Made by a program: the position numbers and the translations under genes. The notes beneath the pieces are model-generated. The model saw nothing but the letters and a program-made list of their open reading frames with translations, was not told the DNA's origin and did no database searches. 64,000 nucleotides of DNA from Bacteroidales bacterium (GTDB taxonomy: Bacteria > Bacteroidota > Bacteroidia > Bacteroidales > VadinHA17), in contig JANTGF010000008.1 in assembly GCA_024763075.1 (NCBI GenBank), forward strand, positions 15,531-79,530. Reading direction: 5' to 3'. Positions 1 to 9,608 of the stretch are shown piece after piece. Every line of letters starts with the position of its first letter. Position 1 is the first letter of the stretch.

Positions 1-125
1 TTGAATTAAATCAGAATCAGACGTTTGACTTTGAACCTGTGCAGGATTAGCCTGCATTTCCCTTTTACTTTACATTAACACTTCGATCAATTGTATCTTA
101 ATACCACAGGCAGGACGGCCAAAAA

Positions 126-1577
126 ATGAAAAAACTCTTTTTCATATTATTTTTAGTACAGAGTGTATGGGCACAAAATCAACCATCAATACACCAGATA
201 GAATATGAACAGCATAAGAATACCCCCAAACAAGCATCATTCTTTAAGTCTTCGCAAAGAATCATCCCTTTGAAGGCCAGGGTTCCCGGTGGCCCTGTCA
301 AAACAGTGTTTGGCTATCTGCCTGATTGGGAATACACAAATGCAAAAGAATATTTACAATATGATTTATTAAGCCATATTGCAGCCTTTGATTTTACTGT
401 TGCCTCCAATGGTAATATTGCCAAGCCCTCCTACTGGCCGTGGACAGATGTAATAAACAAAGCCCATGAAAATGGTGTAAAAGTAATAATGACGGCAGTC
501 AATTTTACAGCAGATGAAATTCATGCCATTCTAACAAATACCACTATTAAAAACAACTTCTTCAACCAGGTTAAAACAATACTCAAAACATGGGATCTGC
601 AAGGGGTAAATATTGACTTTGAAAGTCTTCATAAAGAAGACCGGGGAGCAATATTGAACAGCTTTATGAATGAGCTGACTACTTTCATCCATTCTGAAGT
701 GGCCGGGTCGGAGGTTTCTTTTGCAGGACCTGCAGTGAACTGGGGTGGCTGGGACTTGAAAGGACTGGCTGCTTCCTGTGATTATATTTTTATCATGGGT
801 TATAGTTTTGCAGGAGGCTGGAGCAGTAAAACAGGAGCCAATGCCCCCATTCTTGGTGGCAGCATAAACATCACAAACACACTGGATGTCCAGTACAAAG
901 ATGTGACAGGAACAAACCCTGACAAATTGATACTTGGCGTCCCATATTACGGGAACCGCTGGCAAACAGAAACCCTGCTGGCATTTTCCAAAACCATCGA
1001 CTTTATTAATTCGCCCCGATACAGAACTGCCCGGGAAGAATCCGTAAATTATGAGAATTTCTGGGACAATACCAGCCAAAGCCCCTGGTACAGATATACC
1101 GAAAACAGTAAATATTACCAGGTATGGTATGATGACAAGGAAAGTCTGAAATTAAAATATGAACTGGCAGATGAACGTTCTTTAAAAGGAGTAGGCATGT
1201 GGGCTCTGGGCTACGATGGCGCCCGGAATGAGCTCTGGGACCTTTTGCGTAGCAGGTACGGAGGCCCTGTGGGTATCAGAAATCCGGATGCAGAGGATCA
1301 TCCTGTAATATACCAGAATTACCCGAATCCTTTTAAGAGAACAAGCCGGATTAATTATTCAATTCATCAAAGAAGCAGGGTGTCACTTAAGATTTTTGAG
1401 CCTTCGGGTCGTGTTGTTTTTCAAAAACAAATTGAAGAACAGGTTCCCGGAGATTATAACATGGAAGTAAAATTTGAAAATTTTCCCGAAGGCATTTATT
1501 TCTACCAGATGCAGATTACCGGGTTACCATCTAAATCAGTTTACCAAAAAACTTTTAAAATGCTGATTTTGAGATAA
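126..1577 (+). CDS. Glycoside hydrolase family 18 (chitinase-like) with T9SS C-terminal sorting domain
   Basis: Signal peptide MKKLFFILFLVQSVWAQ. GH18 catalytic-strand motif GVNIDFE and the GYLPDWEY start of the TIM barrel. C-terminal YQNYPNPF...INYSI...V.L.IF..SGRVV matches the Por secretion tail pattern. Confidence 0.8.
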   Translation: MKKLFFILFLVQSVWAQNQPSIHQIEYEQHKNTPKQASFFKSSQRIIPLKARVPGGPVKTVFGYLPDWEYTNAKEYLQYDLLSHIAAFDFTVASNGNIAKPSYWPWTDVINKAHENGVKVIMTAVNFTADEIHAILTNTTIKNNFFNQVKTILKTWDLQGVNIDFESLHKEDRGAILNSFMNELTTFIHSEVAGSEVSFAGPAVNWGGWDLKGLAASCDYIFIMGYSFAGGWSSKTGANAPILGGSINITNTLDVQYKDVTGTNPDKLILGVPYYGNRWQTETLLAFSKTIDFINSPRYRTAREESVNYENFWDNTSQSPWYRYTENSKYYQVWYDDKESLKLKYELADERSLKGVGMWALGYDGARNELWDLLRSRYGGPVGIRNPDAEDHPVIYQNYPNPFKRTSRINYSIHQRSRVSLKIFEPSGRVVFQKQIEEQVPGDYNMEVKFENFPEGIYFYQMQITGLPSKSVYQKTFKMLILR

Positions 1578-1580
1578 TCT

Positions 1581-2501
1581 TCATTCATTAGCTCCCTGCT
1601 TTAACCAGCGAATGGCTTTTGGGAGCCTGTTAATGATCAGGCCATTATAATAAACGGGTTTTGCTCCAAAACCACTATAAAACCGGACCAGGTTCCTCAG
1701 ATTCGAACCTTCAAAATCCAGTATCACCTTCCTGTTGCAATGCTGTTTGATAAAATGATCAATCAGGGCAGGCATGGCTCCGTTTTTTCTGGCAGTACTA
1801 TCCGTTGCAGAAAACAGAAAAATAAAACGATCAAATGACTCGAGAAAAAATGCACCGGCACAGTATTCACCTTTTTCAGTATAAACAGAATAAGCACAAC
1901 CCAGGTCCCGGCGATGACTTTCCTCCATGATATCAAGCAACATAATAAAATGCCTGTCCTTCAGGTCTTTTAGTTCCCCGCCCCGATTTTCCCGAAACAA
2001 CCTGATCAAATCCGAAAATCGGTCGTTTCTGATAACTTTCAGTTCATGTTTTTGTGCTTTTTTCAGGTTCCTTTTTGTGTTTTCAGAATAGGCTTCCCTG
2101 ATACCATCAATATCCTGATCCAGGTCCAGATGAAAGGTTTGATTTACGTTTTTTTTCCAATTTCCCTCGGGAAGCAGATTACTTTCATTCAGAGATATCT
2201 GAACAAACTTGTACTTTGCGGGAATCTTATCAATAAAATCTTTGAGATCAGCATTTTTTTTTGTTGAAAACAGCCCAAGTTGTTGTGTAAAAAATGGTTG
2301 ATATAAATAATGGATCCCAAATTTCCGGTTGCGGGTTAAAGGAAAAACAGATCTATAGTTGCGATCAACCAATGCCTCCCACCCGGGACAAACACGGTCA
2401 AGATACCACGACATGGCATAAACAACCGGAAACTGGCTGTTTTTAATGGTTTCATCCCATTTTTCTTTATTTATCCTACTATGTTTCAGATACTTTATCA
2501 T
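1581..2501 (-). CDS. GNAT / FemAB-like acetyltransferase-fold protein (function unknown)
   Basis: 306 aa ORF with ATG start. Overall resemblance to Bacteroidota proteins usually annotated as GNAT family N-acetyltransferase (FemAB-like fold); recognised from memory only. Confidence 0.5.
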   Translation of the reverse strand: MIKYLKHSRINKEKWDETIKNSQFPVVYAMSWYLDRVCPGWEALVDRNYRSVFPLTRNRKFGIHYLYQPFFTQQLGLFSTKKNADLKDFIDKIPAKYKFVQISLNESNLLPEGNWKKNVNQTFHLDLDQDIDGIREAYSENTKRNLKKAQKHELKVIRNDRFSDLIRLFRENRGGELKDLKDRHFIMLLDIMEESHRRDLGCAYSVYTEKGEYCAGAFFLESFDRFIFLFSATDSTARKNGAMPALIDHFIKQHCNRKVILDFEGSNLRNLVRFYSGFGAKPVYYNGLIINRLPKAIRWLKQGANE

Positions 2502-2692
2502 AAATATTCGAAATTAATAATTATTACTAAAGTCTCGCAGATAAATTAGGTGATCATAATATATTGTTATTTAGCTTATTAAGATTTGAGTTTTTTTGTG
2601 TCCATAATGGATAAACTTTTTTTCTTTCACCACTTCCAGAAGAATACCCGTGGCGAGAGTAACATAAAGTAAAACATTCAAAAATGGAAAGG

Positions 2693-4012
2693 TCAGGTTA
2701 CTAATTGACTTCCAGCTTCTGCCAGCATCCTTTCGTAAACATACCGCCATCCTTTCCATTCCCCTTCATCACTCAGGGAAGAATTATGCCACAGAGGGAT
2801 GAAATTTCCTCCCGTTTTTTTCACTTTTGTCATAAAATCCATAATCAGACTAACGGCCTGTTCAGGTTCAAGCTTCAATTTTTCATTCAGGCAGGTATCC
2901 ATCAATAGGAACGGAAAGACTGTTAGTTCCGTTTCTGTTTCCTCCCCCAGATCATAAAAACGAAAAGGATGAGCTGTTCCCACCCTGAATCCGGGCATTT
3001 CGGGAAATCCCATAGAATAATCTTCCTTTACTCCCGATTCCAGCAGGTTCCGGTAAGTTTTCGGGAATTGTAGCCGGATGTAATGTTGCCTGCTCTTATG
3101 TGGAAGGTTTTCCATTATATTTTTAAAAGTTAATATTTCTTTTTCCAATTCATGGAACTGATCCGATTTAAAAGAAGGATGAATGCCTATTTCGGCAACC
3201 CGGTTTAATTCACGGATCAGCCTTTTCATCGCAGGGTTTTCTCCATGAAGGTTTTTATCATACTTTCCGTATCTGCCCACCTGGAAAAAGAAAACAGGGC
3301 GCAAAGAATATTTGTTATGTATTTCTTTAATAAAATTGTATGTATCAAAGGGATCCTTTCTCATATTCAGGAGCGTCCCAATCCTTCTTTGCAATTCCTT
3401 CAGATCAGCCCTGGAAAGGAATTTAAGTCCTCCTCCAACATTCCGAAGCAAGCCTTTATTCAAATATGCCCAGGCCTGATCCACGTCAATGGTTGAAATA
3501 AATGAAAAAACCGGTTTTTTTACCGGCAATTCTGGATATCTTACTTTCAGTATTTGCCCCAGCTTTCTAACCCAAATATCCACAACCGGCTGATCAAGAA
3601 AATTCTGTTTATAAGCCAGACTGTCTTTAGCCGGGTATCTGCCAAAAAGATCAGGTTTGAATGTAAGGTATTCCTCATAACGGGAAATCATATAAAATGA
3701 TGCTGAAAACAGATCGAAAGGCAGGTCGGGTGCAGGACTTGTTTTAAAAAGAACAGGGACTCCACGCCAGATTCCCGGCTTGACATCAAAAGACCGGACT
3801 GAAGATTCACTTAAGAATGACTGATTTTCAATCCACAGACCCTTTCCGAGGGGTTGCCTGGAATAATTCAGTACCGGTCCGCCATATCTGAGAAAATCAT
3901 CTTTATCATCGGTAATTTTATACTCCAACCCCAAAATCACACCAAAAACAAACTGAAAAATATACCTTATCCTTGGACTGATCTCAGGCGTATATAAAAG
4001 GAGTTTGCTCAT
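2693..4012 (-). CDS. Polysaccharide deacetylase-like protein with conserved N-terminal domain of unknown function
   Basis: 439 aa. IDVDQAW and GIHPSF segments resemble NodB-type deacetylase metal/catalytic motifs. N-terminus MSKLLLYTPEISPRIRYIF is typical of a conserved Bacteroidota family. Same strand as, and upstream of, the GNAT-like gene. Confidence 0.45.
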   Translation of the reverse strand: MSKLLLYTPEISPRIRYIFQFVFGVILGLEYKITDDKDDFLRYGGPVLNYSRQPLGKGLWIENQSFLSESSVRSFDVKPGIWRGVPVLFKTSPAPDLPFDLFSASFYMISRYEEYLTFKPDLFGRYPAKDSLAYKQNFLDQPVVDIWVRKLGQILKVRYPELPVKKPVFSFISTIDVDQAWAYLNKGLLRNVGGGLKFLSRADLKELQRRIGTLLNMRKDPFDTYNFIKEIHNKYSLRPVFFFQVGRYGKYDKNLHGENPAMKRLIRELNRVAEIGIHPSFKSDQFHELEKEILTFKNIMENLPHKSRQHYIRLQFPKTYRNLLESGVKEDYSMGFPEMPGFRVGTAHPFRFYDLGEETETELTVFPFLLMDTCLNEKLKLEPEQAVSLIMDFMTKVKKTGGNFIPLWHNSSLSDEGEWKGWRYVYERMLAEAGSQLVT

Positions 4013-4086
4013 TTTAGAAATTTGGGTTTTTCAAAAATAGTAAATCATTCGGAACTTTGCATTCAAGACTCCAGATTAATGCGGGC

Positions 4087-6570
4087 TTAAAAATCCAGTC
4101 TTACCAGCGTAATTCCAGGCCCTCCCCTGTCAGGATGCTCATCCCTGTAGGAACTGACCACATCAACCGAACCCAGAAACTCCCGGATCAATTGTCGCAA
4201 CACCCCATTCCCTTTGCCATGCAAAATCGTCAAATCTTTGACTTCGGTAACAATGGCCTCATCCACAAAGTCCTGCACTATTTGCAAGGCTTCTTCAGCC
4301 CTTTTCCCTCGAACGTCAATGTTCGGTTTAAAACGTAATTTTCTTTTCTGTACTTCTTCCATATAAGAATTTGCCGGCCCTTTTATCCCACTGCTCTGAC
4401 GGAATTCCGTACGGCTGATTATCTTAATGCTTTCAGCCGGAAGCAGGGTAATCATATTTCCAAAAGCTACGAGATACTTTCCTCCCTGTACCTCCAGAAC
4501 TTCCCCAGCCATTTCCTGTCCCTCCATCTTTACCTTATCTCCTGCAACGATCGGCTTATCCTTTTCCTGCAATTCACGAGTAATTTCAGGTTGTATTTTC
4601 TCCCCGGCTCTTTTCTTTCTGCTCTTTTCTTTCTGCTTCAACTGTTCAATCTTCCTGTCCAGTTTCCGGTCATCCTCTTTCTGTTTTAATTCTATTTTGT
4701 TATCCAGTGCTGCCAACTCTTCTCTTGCCTGCTTCGTCTTTTCTTTTTCAGCCTGGGTTTCGCGAATGATGCGGATTGTATTTTCAATTTTCCGGTTTAC
4801 ACCCTGAAGCAAGTCCTCAGCTTCTTTCCTGGCTTTATTCAGAATATCATTTTTTTCCTTTTTTATTCTCTCCAATTCTTCCTGGTACCCGGATAACACC
4901 TCATCCAGCCGTTTCTCAGACTTGCGAATCCGGGAGCGCTTATTCTCCCAATACCGTTTATCCCGGGCAATTTCCCTTAAATGCTTATCGAAATAAATAT
5001 GATCTTCCCCAATATTATCCGTAGCTATTTTCAGGATTTCTTCAGGCAAACCAATATTCCTGGCAATTTCAAAAGCAAATGAACTGCCGGGCTTTCCCAT
5101 TTGAAGTCGGAATAAAGGTTGCATTTTTTGATGATCAAACAACATCGCTCCGTTCTCAATTCCATCAGCCGAAGAAGCAAAATGTTTCAGATTTGTATAA
5201 TGTGTGGTAACCACTCCAAAAGCTCCCTGGTCATTTAACTGTTTTAAAATAGCCTGAGCAATGGATCCTCCAAGCAGTGGTTCCGTTCCCGTACCAAATT
5301 CATCAATCAGAACCAGGGTTTCAATATCTGCATTTTTAACAAAGAATTTCATATTTAAAAGGTGGGAACTATAGGTACTCAAATCATTTTCAATGGATTG
5401 CTCATCACCAAAATCCAGGAACAAGCTTTTAAATATTCCAAAACGGGAACTCTCCTTCACCGGGACCAGTAAACCGCATTGCAACATGTACTGCAAAAGT
5501 CCTACTGTCTGGAGACAAACGGACTTTCCTCCTGCATTTGGTCCGGATATCAGTAAAATATGTTTTTCCTTGTTCAACTCAATATCCAGAGGTATAACTT
5601 CCTTATTATGCTCATTAAAATTTAAAAACAACAAAGGGTGCCTGGCATCTTCCCACAATATACCCGGTTCCTCTGACAGTCCGGGATTCAGGGCATGGAT
5701 TCTTTTTGAAAAAACAGCTTTTGCCCGGATAAAATCCATTTCCCCCAGGAAAAAATAAGAATCTGCCAAATCCTCAAGATAGGGCCGGATGGTACTGGAA
5801 AATTCAATCAAAATCCGGATGATCTCTCTTTTCTCTGCGTATTCCAGTTCCCTGATCTCATTGTTCAGTTCCACGATCTCTGCCGGTTCCACATAAGTGG
5901 TTTTGCCGGTTGCTGATTCATCATGCACCAGACCATGGATTTTCCTTTTGTCTGCTGCCCTCAAGGGTATAACCATTCGCCCGTTTCGCATTGAAAGTTC
6001 GGTATCCTCATCCACCAGGCCATCCTCCCTGGCCCTTCTCATAATGTAATGCATTCGGCTGCTCACCCTGGAAGTTTTTTCCTTCAGGCTTTTCCGGATT
6101 TTTGCCAGGTCAGGGGAAGCATTGTCTTTGATCTTCCCCTTTCCGGTTACAATTTTATTTATGGATTCTGTTACAAAAGGGTAGAGTTTTACCCCGGCTG
6201 CCATTTTTTTCAATTCCGGATATATCTCAGCTTCTTCCCCCTTAAAATAATTAACTACAGCCTTTATGGATTCAAGTGAGAATTTAAGCTGAATCAACTC
6301 CCCCAACTCCATAAAAGTACCTTCCGGACGGATCTTTTTAAGCACAGGAAGCAGATTATGGTAATGATCTACAGGAAATTCCTTTTCAGCACTCAGTATC
6401 CCTACAAATTCATCCGTTCTTTCCAGCAACATCTGAATAAGGCCGGGATCAGAAAGAAAAGTTACGGTATTCACCTTTTCCCGTCCAAGTTCACTCAGAC
6501 AGGCTGCTTTTAGCATCTCCCTTATCCGGTCAAAACCAATTTTATTTTCGAAATTCTCAGGGTAAATCAA
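4087..6570 (-). CDS. mutS2: Endonuclease MutS2 (MutS ATPase domain plus C-terminal Smr domain)
   Basis: 827 aa. Walker A GPNAGGKS, DEFGTGTEP Walker B region, K/E-rich coiled coil, and a C-terminal Smr domain (DVRGKRAEEAL...LTILHGKGNGVLR). The start codon is TTG (reverse complement of caa at 6568-6570), giving the canonical MIYPENFE N-terminus. Confidence 0.95.
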   Translation of the reverse strand: MIYPENFENKIGFDRIREMLKAACLSELGREKVNTVTFLSDPGLIQMLLERTDEFVGILSAEKEFPVDHYHNLLPVLKKIRPEGTFMELGELIQLKFSLESIKAVVNYFKGEEAEIYPELKKMAAGVKLYPFVTESINKIVTGKGKIKDNASPDLAKIRKSLKEKTSRVSSRMHYIMRRAREDGLVDEDTELSMRNGRMVIPLRAADKRKIHGLVHDESATGKTTYVEPAEIVELNNEIRELEYAEKREIIRILIEFSSTIRPYLEDLADSYFFLGEMDFIRAKAVFSKRIHALNPGLSEEPGILWEDARHPLLFLNFNEHNKEVIPLDIELNKEKHILLISGPNAGGKSVCLQTVGLLQYMLQCGLLVPVKESSRFGIFKSLFLDFGDEQSIENDLSTYSSHLLNMKFFVKNADIETLVLIDEFGTGTEPLLGGSIAQAILKQLNDQGAFGVVTTHYTNLKHFASSADGIENGAMLFDHQKMQPLFRLQMGKPGSSFAFEIARNIGLPEEILKIATDNIGEDHIYFDKHLREIARDKRYWENKRSRIRKSEKRLDEVLSGYQEELERIKKEKNDILNKARKEAEDLLQGVNRKIENTIRIIRETQAEKEKTKQAREELAALDNKIELKQKEDDRKLDRKIEQLKQKEKSRKKRAGEKIQPEITRELQEKDKPIVAGDKVKMEGQEMAGEVLEVQGGKYLVAFGNMITLLPAESIKIISRTEFRQSSGIKGPANSYMEEVQKRKLRFKPNIDVRGKRAEEALQIVQDFVDEAIVTEVKDLTILHGKGNGVLRQLIREFLGSVDVVSSYRDEHPDRGGPGITLVRLDF

Positions 6571-6642
6571 TTTTCAAAACAGCTGATGAAATACAAAAGT
6601 ACAATAATACCGGAATAATTTGGAAGTTTAAAATATATCATT

Positions 6643-6650
6643 TAACTTTG
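6643..6650 (+). promoter_or_regulatory. Bacteroidota sigma-A -7 box (TAACTTTG, consensus TAnnTTTG)
   Basis: Exact match to TAnnTTTG, 45 nt upstream of the ATG at 6695, in the divergent mutS2 / membrane-protein intergenic region. Confidence 0.45.
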
Positions 6651-6694
6651 CATTTCAAAGTACTTTTTATTTCATATTGAAAAATTCATCATCT

Positions 6695-7330
6695 ATGAAA
6701 AATCACATGAATCATCTGAACGACTTGAAAGAAATCAGATCTATTATGGAACGTAGTTCACGTTTTCTTTCTTTAAGCGGGTATTCCGGAATTTTTGCCG
6801 GAGTATTTGCTATTTTTGGAGGGCTTATCGCATACAGGCAGTTCTATCATTCTCAGTTTCTTATCGGTGAAGATATATCTCATATCCCGGATCAACTGGC
6901 AAAGAGCATAATACAATTCCTTGTAATTGACGGAGCTGCTGTTCTACTTCTTGCCCTTGTTTTTTCTGTATTTTTTTCTACAATGAAAGCGAAAAAGCTG
7001 GGACTACCTTTATGGGACCTGACCACAGAAAGAGTATTACTGAACCTGAGTATCCCGTTAATAGCCGGTGGTTTATTCATAGCTGTACTGATGCAATACA
7101 AGCTTTTATATTTTCTGCCTCCGGTTTCAATTTTGTTCTATGGAATGGCCCTGATGAATGCTGGAAATTACACATTGAGTGAAGTCAGATATCTGGGGAT
7201 TGCAGAAATTATAACCGGAATTCTCAATCTACTATTTCTAAAATACGGATTGTATTTCTGGATTTTTGGATTCGGCATTTTACATATCATTTACGGAATT
7301 TTGATGCAAATCAAATATGATAAGAAATAA
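6695..7330 (+). CDS. Integral membrane protein, unknown function
   Basis: About 5 predicted hydrophobic helices. The ORF track starts at TTG 6677, but ATG 6695 (MKNHMNHLNDLKEIRSIMERSSRF) is preferred. Confidence 0.6.
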   Translation: MKNHMNHLNDLKEIRSIMERSSRFLSLSGYSGIFAGVFAIFGGLIAYRQFYHSQFLIGEDISHIPDQLAKSIIQFLVIDGAAVLLLALVFSVFFSTMKAKKLGLPLWDLTTERVLLNLSIPLIAGGLFIAVLMQYKLLYFLPPVSILFYGMALMNAGNYTLSEVRYLGIAEIITGILNLLFLKYGLYFWIFGFGILHIIYGILMQIKYDKK

Positions 7331-7655
7331 AAATACCAAATCTCAACTGATCAAACCCATGCAGAATCCAATTGAAGGTTTGAATAAAGTTTTTGACAGC
7401 AGGGTAAGACTTGGTATCATGTCTGCTCTTATTGTAAACGACGCCATGGATTTTAATTCTCTTAAAAAGTTATTGGAAGTAACTGACGGGAATCTTGCAA
7501 GTCATTTAAAAGCATTGGAAAAGAATGATTATATCACATTACGAAAGAAATTTATCGGGCGAAAGCCCAATACCTCTTATTCAATTTCAAAACAAGGAAG
7601 GGCAGCATTTATTCAACATCTTAATTCCCTTGAAAAACTGATGGGAAATGGATAA
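7317..7655 (+). CDS. Small winged-helix transcriptional regulator (HTH_34-like)
   Basis: VFDSRVRLGIMSAL...FNSLKKLLEVTDGNLASHLKALEKNDYI...GRKPNTSYSIS.QGR is the typical ~95 aa wHTH pattern. The true start may be ATG 7359 (MQNPIEGL) rather than 7317, which overlaps the upstream gene by 14 nt. Confidence 0.7.
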   Translation: MIRNKNTKSQLIKPMQNPIEGLNKVFDSRVRLGIMSALIVNDAMDFNSLKKLLEVTDGNLASHLKALEKNDYITLRKKFIGRKPNTSYSISKQGRAAFIQHLNSLEKLMGNG

Positions 7656-7721
7656 AACATTTAACTATAAATCGAAGAATTCTTTTTCAAACTACAAAAT
7701 CAATTGAATTTGGAAAAAAAC

Positions 7722-8039
7722 ATGAAAAAAGGAAATGAGTCCATTTCAATAAAGAGGAAGTTTTCTGTTTGGTTCTTATCCGGGATTTGTATCTTCCCGG
7801 TATTAATCACTTCTGGGATTGCATTAAATCTAATTACTCAGGGAAAGGTTAATCTGCTTTTTTGGATGATTAAACCTTCAATAATTTTTGAAGAGCTTCT
7901 TGAAACACATTATGCCGGATTTTCAGATAGCAAAATAGCAAATTTAGTTTTCATTCTGATATTTTGGTTCACTATCGGTGCTTTATCAGGATGGATTGTA
8001 AAAAAATCAAGAGGTATTAAAGGTTCATCAAAGATATAA
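7722..8039 (+). CDS. Small membrane protein, unknown function
   Basis: Three hydrophobic segments. ATG 7722 preferred over the TTG at 7704. No family recognised. Confidence 0.4.
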   Translation: MKKGNESISIKRKFSVWFLSGICIFPVLITSGIALNLITQGKVNLLFWMIKPSIIFEELLETHYAGFSDSKIANLVFILIFWFTIGALSGWIVKKSRGIKGSSKI

Positions 8040-8111
8040 CACTTCATTCTGCAGACCCTGTCTAATACAAGAACCATACAATATATAAATGACACACAAT
8101 ACATTAACACA

Positions 8112-9371
8112 ATGACTAATAAGGTAAAGGAAAATATAACAAAGCCTGAAGAACTGGAAAACTTATACAGGACAAACAAAAAAACATTTGAAGCCGGTTT
8201 CAGGGAGATTTATGAAGAGATTAAAGAAACAGATATTGGCAGGTTCTGGAGTATCCGGTTGAATTATGATAAACTATTTCAGAAAACCGAAAGTTTTAGC
8301 AAGACTGATATTTATGTATTAATTCTTGCAAGTATCATAGCAGGATTTCTCATTAAAATTCCCGAATTTTTCAATATAAATCTGAGCGAATTCCTGTTTT
8401 ATGAAAAAAATGCTGCAATTATTGTCTTTTTTGGTTTATCCATTTATACAACCTGGAAGATGCAATCTTACAATAAAAAAAACCTTATTTACAGTGCACT
8501 GGCATTTTTGGTTCCCGCTTTGTATATAAACCTGCTACCCTCAAATCCGGAAAGTGATTCGATAAATCTTTCCTATATTCATTTGCCATTGCTGATGTGG
8601 AGTGTTTATGGTCTGATCTATATGAATTATAACACAAATGACAAATTCAGGCGAATAGATTACATTAAATACAATGGAGATCTGGCTGTATTGAGTGCAT
8701 TAATAGTAATTGCGGGGATGATACTCACCGGAATAACGATTGGCTTATTTTTGGCAATTGATATAAAAATTGAAGATTTCTATATGCAATACATTGTTAT
8801 CTGGGGAGCAGTTTCGATACCGGTTTTGGCAAGTTTTATTATTTACAACTACCCTTCCCTTACCAATAAAATCGCACCGCTTATTGCAAACATATTCAGC
8901 CCCTTAGTCTTAATCACACTGGTCATTTACCTCGTAACAATTATTCTTTTAGGTAAAGACCCGTTCAATGACAGGGATTTTCTCCTCATATTTAACTTAA
9001 TGCTCCTGGGAGTTATGGGAATTATCGTTTTTTCAGTTTCAGGCATATCCAAAAACAGAAAACAAAAATTTAACAAACTAATTTTGTTTGTACTGGCGTT
9101 CATTACAATTTTAATTGACCTGGTTGCCTTATCTGCCATATTCTATCGGCTTGGGGAATATGGAATCACACCGAACCGGGTTGCCGTCCTGGGTTCCAAC
9201 CTGTTAATTTTCGGAAACCTTGTACTCATTCTATTTGATTTATACAAAGTAAATTTCAGGAACTCGGAAATTGAAAAAGTAGAAACTACAATTTCAAGGT
9301 ATTTACCTGTTTATGCATTATGGACATTTCTTGTTGTATTTTTTTTCCCGCTCATATTCGGCATGAATTAA
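8112..9371 (+). CDS. Polytopic membrane protein (about 10 TM; possibly DUF4153-like)
   Basis: 419 aa with a soluble N-terminal ~60 aa followed by many hydrophobic helices. The family assignment is tentative. Confidence 0.55.
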   Translation: MTNKVKENITKPEELENLYRTNKKTFEAGFREIYEEIKETDIGRFWSIRLNYDKLFQKTESFSKTDIYVLILASIIAGFLIKIPEFFNINLSEFLFYEKNAAIIVFFGLSIYTTWKMQSYNKKNLIYSALAFLVPALYINLLPSNPESDSINLSYIHLPLLMWSVYGLIYMNYNTNDKFRRIDYIKYNGDLAVLSALIVIAGMILTGITIGLFLAIDIKIEDFYMQYIVIWGAVSIPVLASFIIYNYPSLTNKIAPLIANIFSPLVLITLVIYLVTIILLGKDPFNDRDFLLIFNLMLLGVMGIIVFSVSGISKNRKQKFNKLILFVLAFITILIDLVALSAIFYRLGEYGITPNRVAVLGSNLLIFGNLVLILFDLYKVNFRNSEIEKVETTISRYLPVYALWTFLVVFFFPLIFGMN

Positions 9372-9608
9372 AAGTAAATAAATAAGTAAATTTTAATTCA
9401 AAAAACCTCTTTTAACAGCATCCTATTATAACTTTGCCTCTAAAAGGATTTCCTGAAATTTGGCGTCAACTTACATTAAATCCAACCCAGATCCCCTGTT
9501 CATTGAAGGGTATTTGAAATAACCTCTGTCAACTACCTTCTGTAAATTTTGCAGGCATCTGTCTATCTCACCGAATATGACTTAATCTTAGGCCAGGTAA
9601 AGAACAGT

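Noticed and set aside
531-1079. 182-aa minus-strand ORF inside the GH18 gene
   Set aside because: It lies entirely antisense to a gene with strong motif support and has Cys/Phe-rich shadow-frame composition.
4427-4807. 126-aa plus-strand ORF rich in S/F/C inside mutS2
   Set aside because: It is the antisense mirror of the K/E-rich coiled-coil region of MutS2, a low-complexity artefact.
9372-9608. 237-bp convergent intergenic region inspected for a tRNA, small RNA or terminator
   Set aside because: I saw no cloverleaf-compatible stems, no strong hairpin with a U-tract and no conserved motif, so nothing there can be supported.
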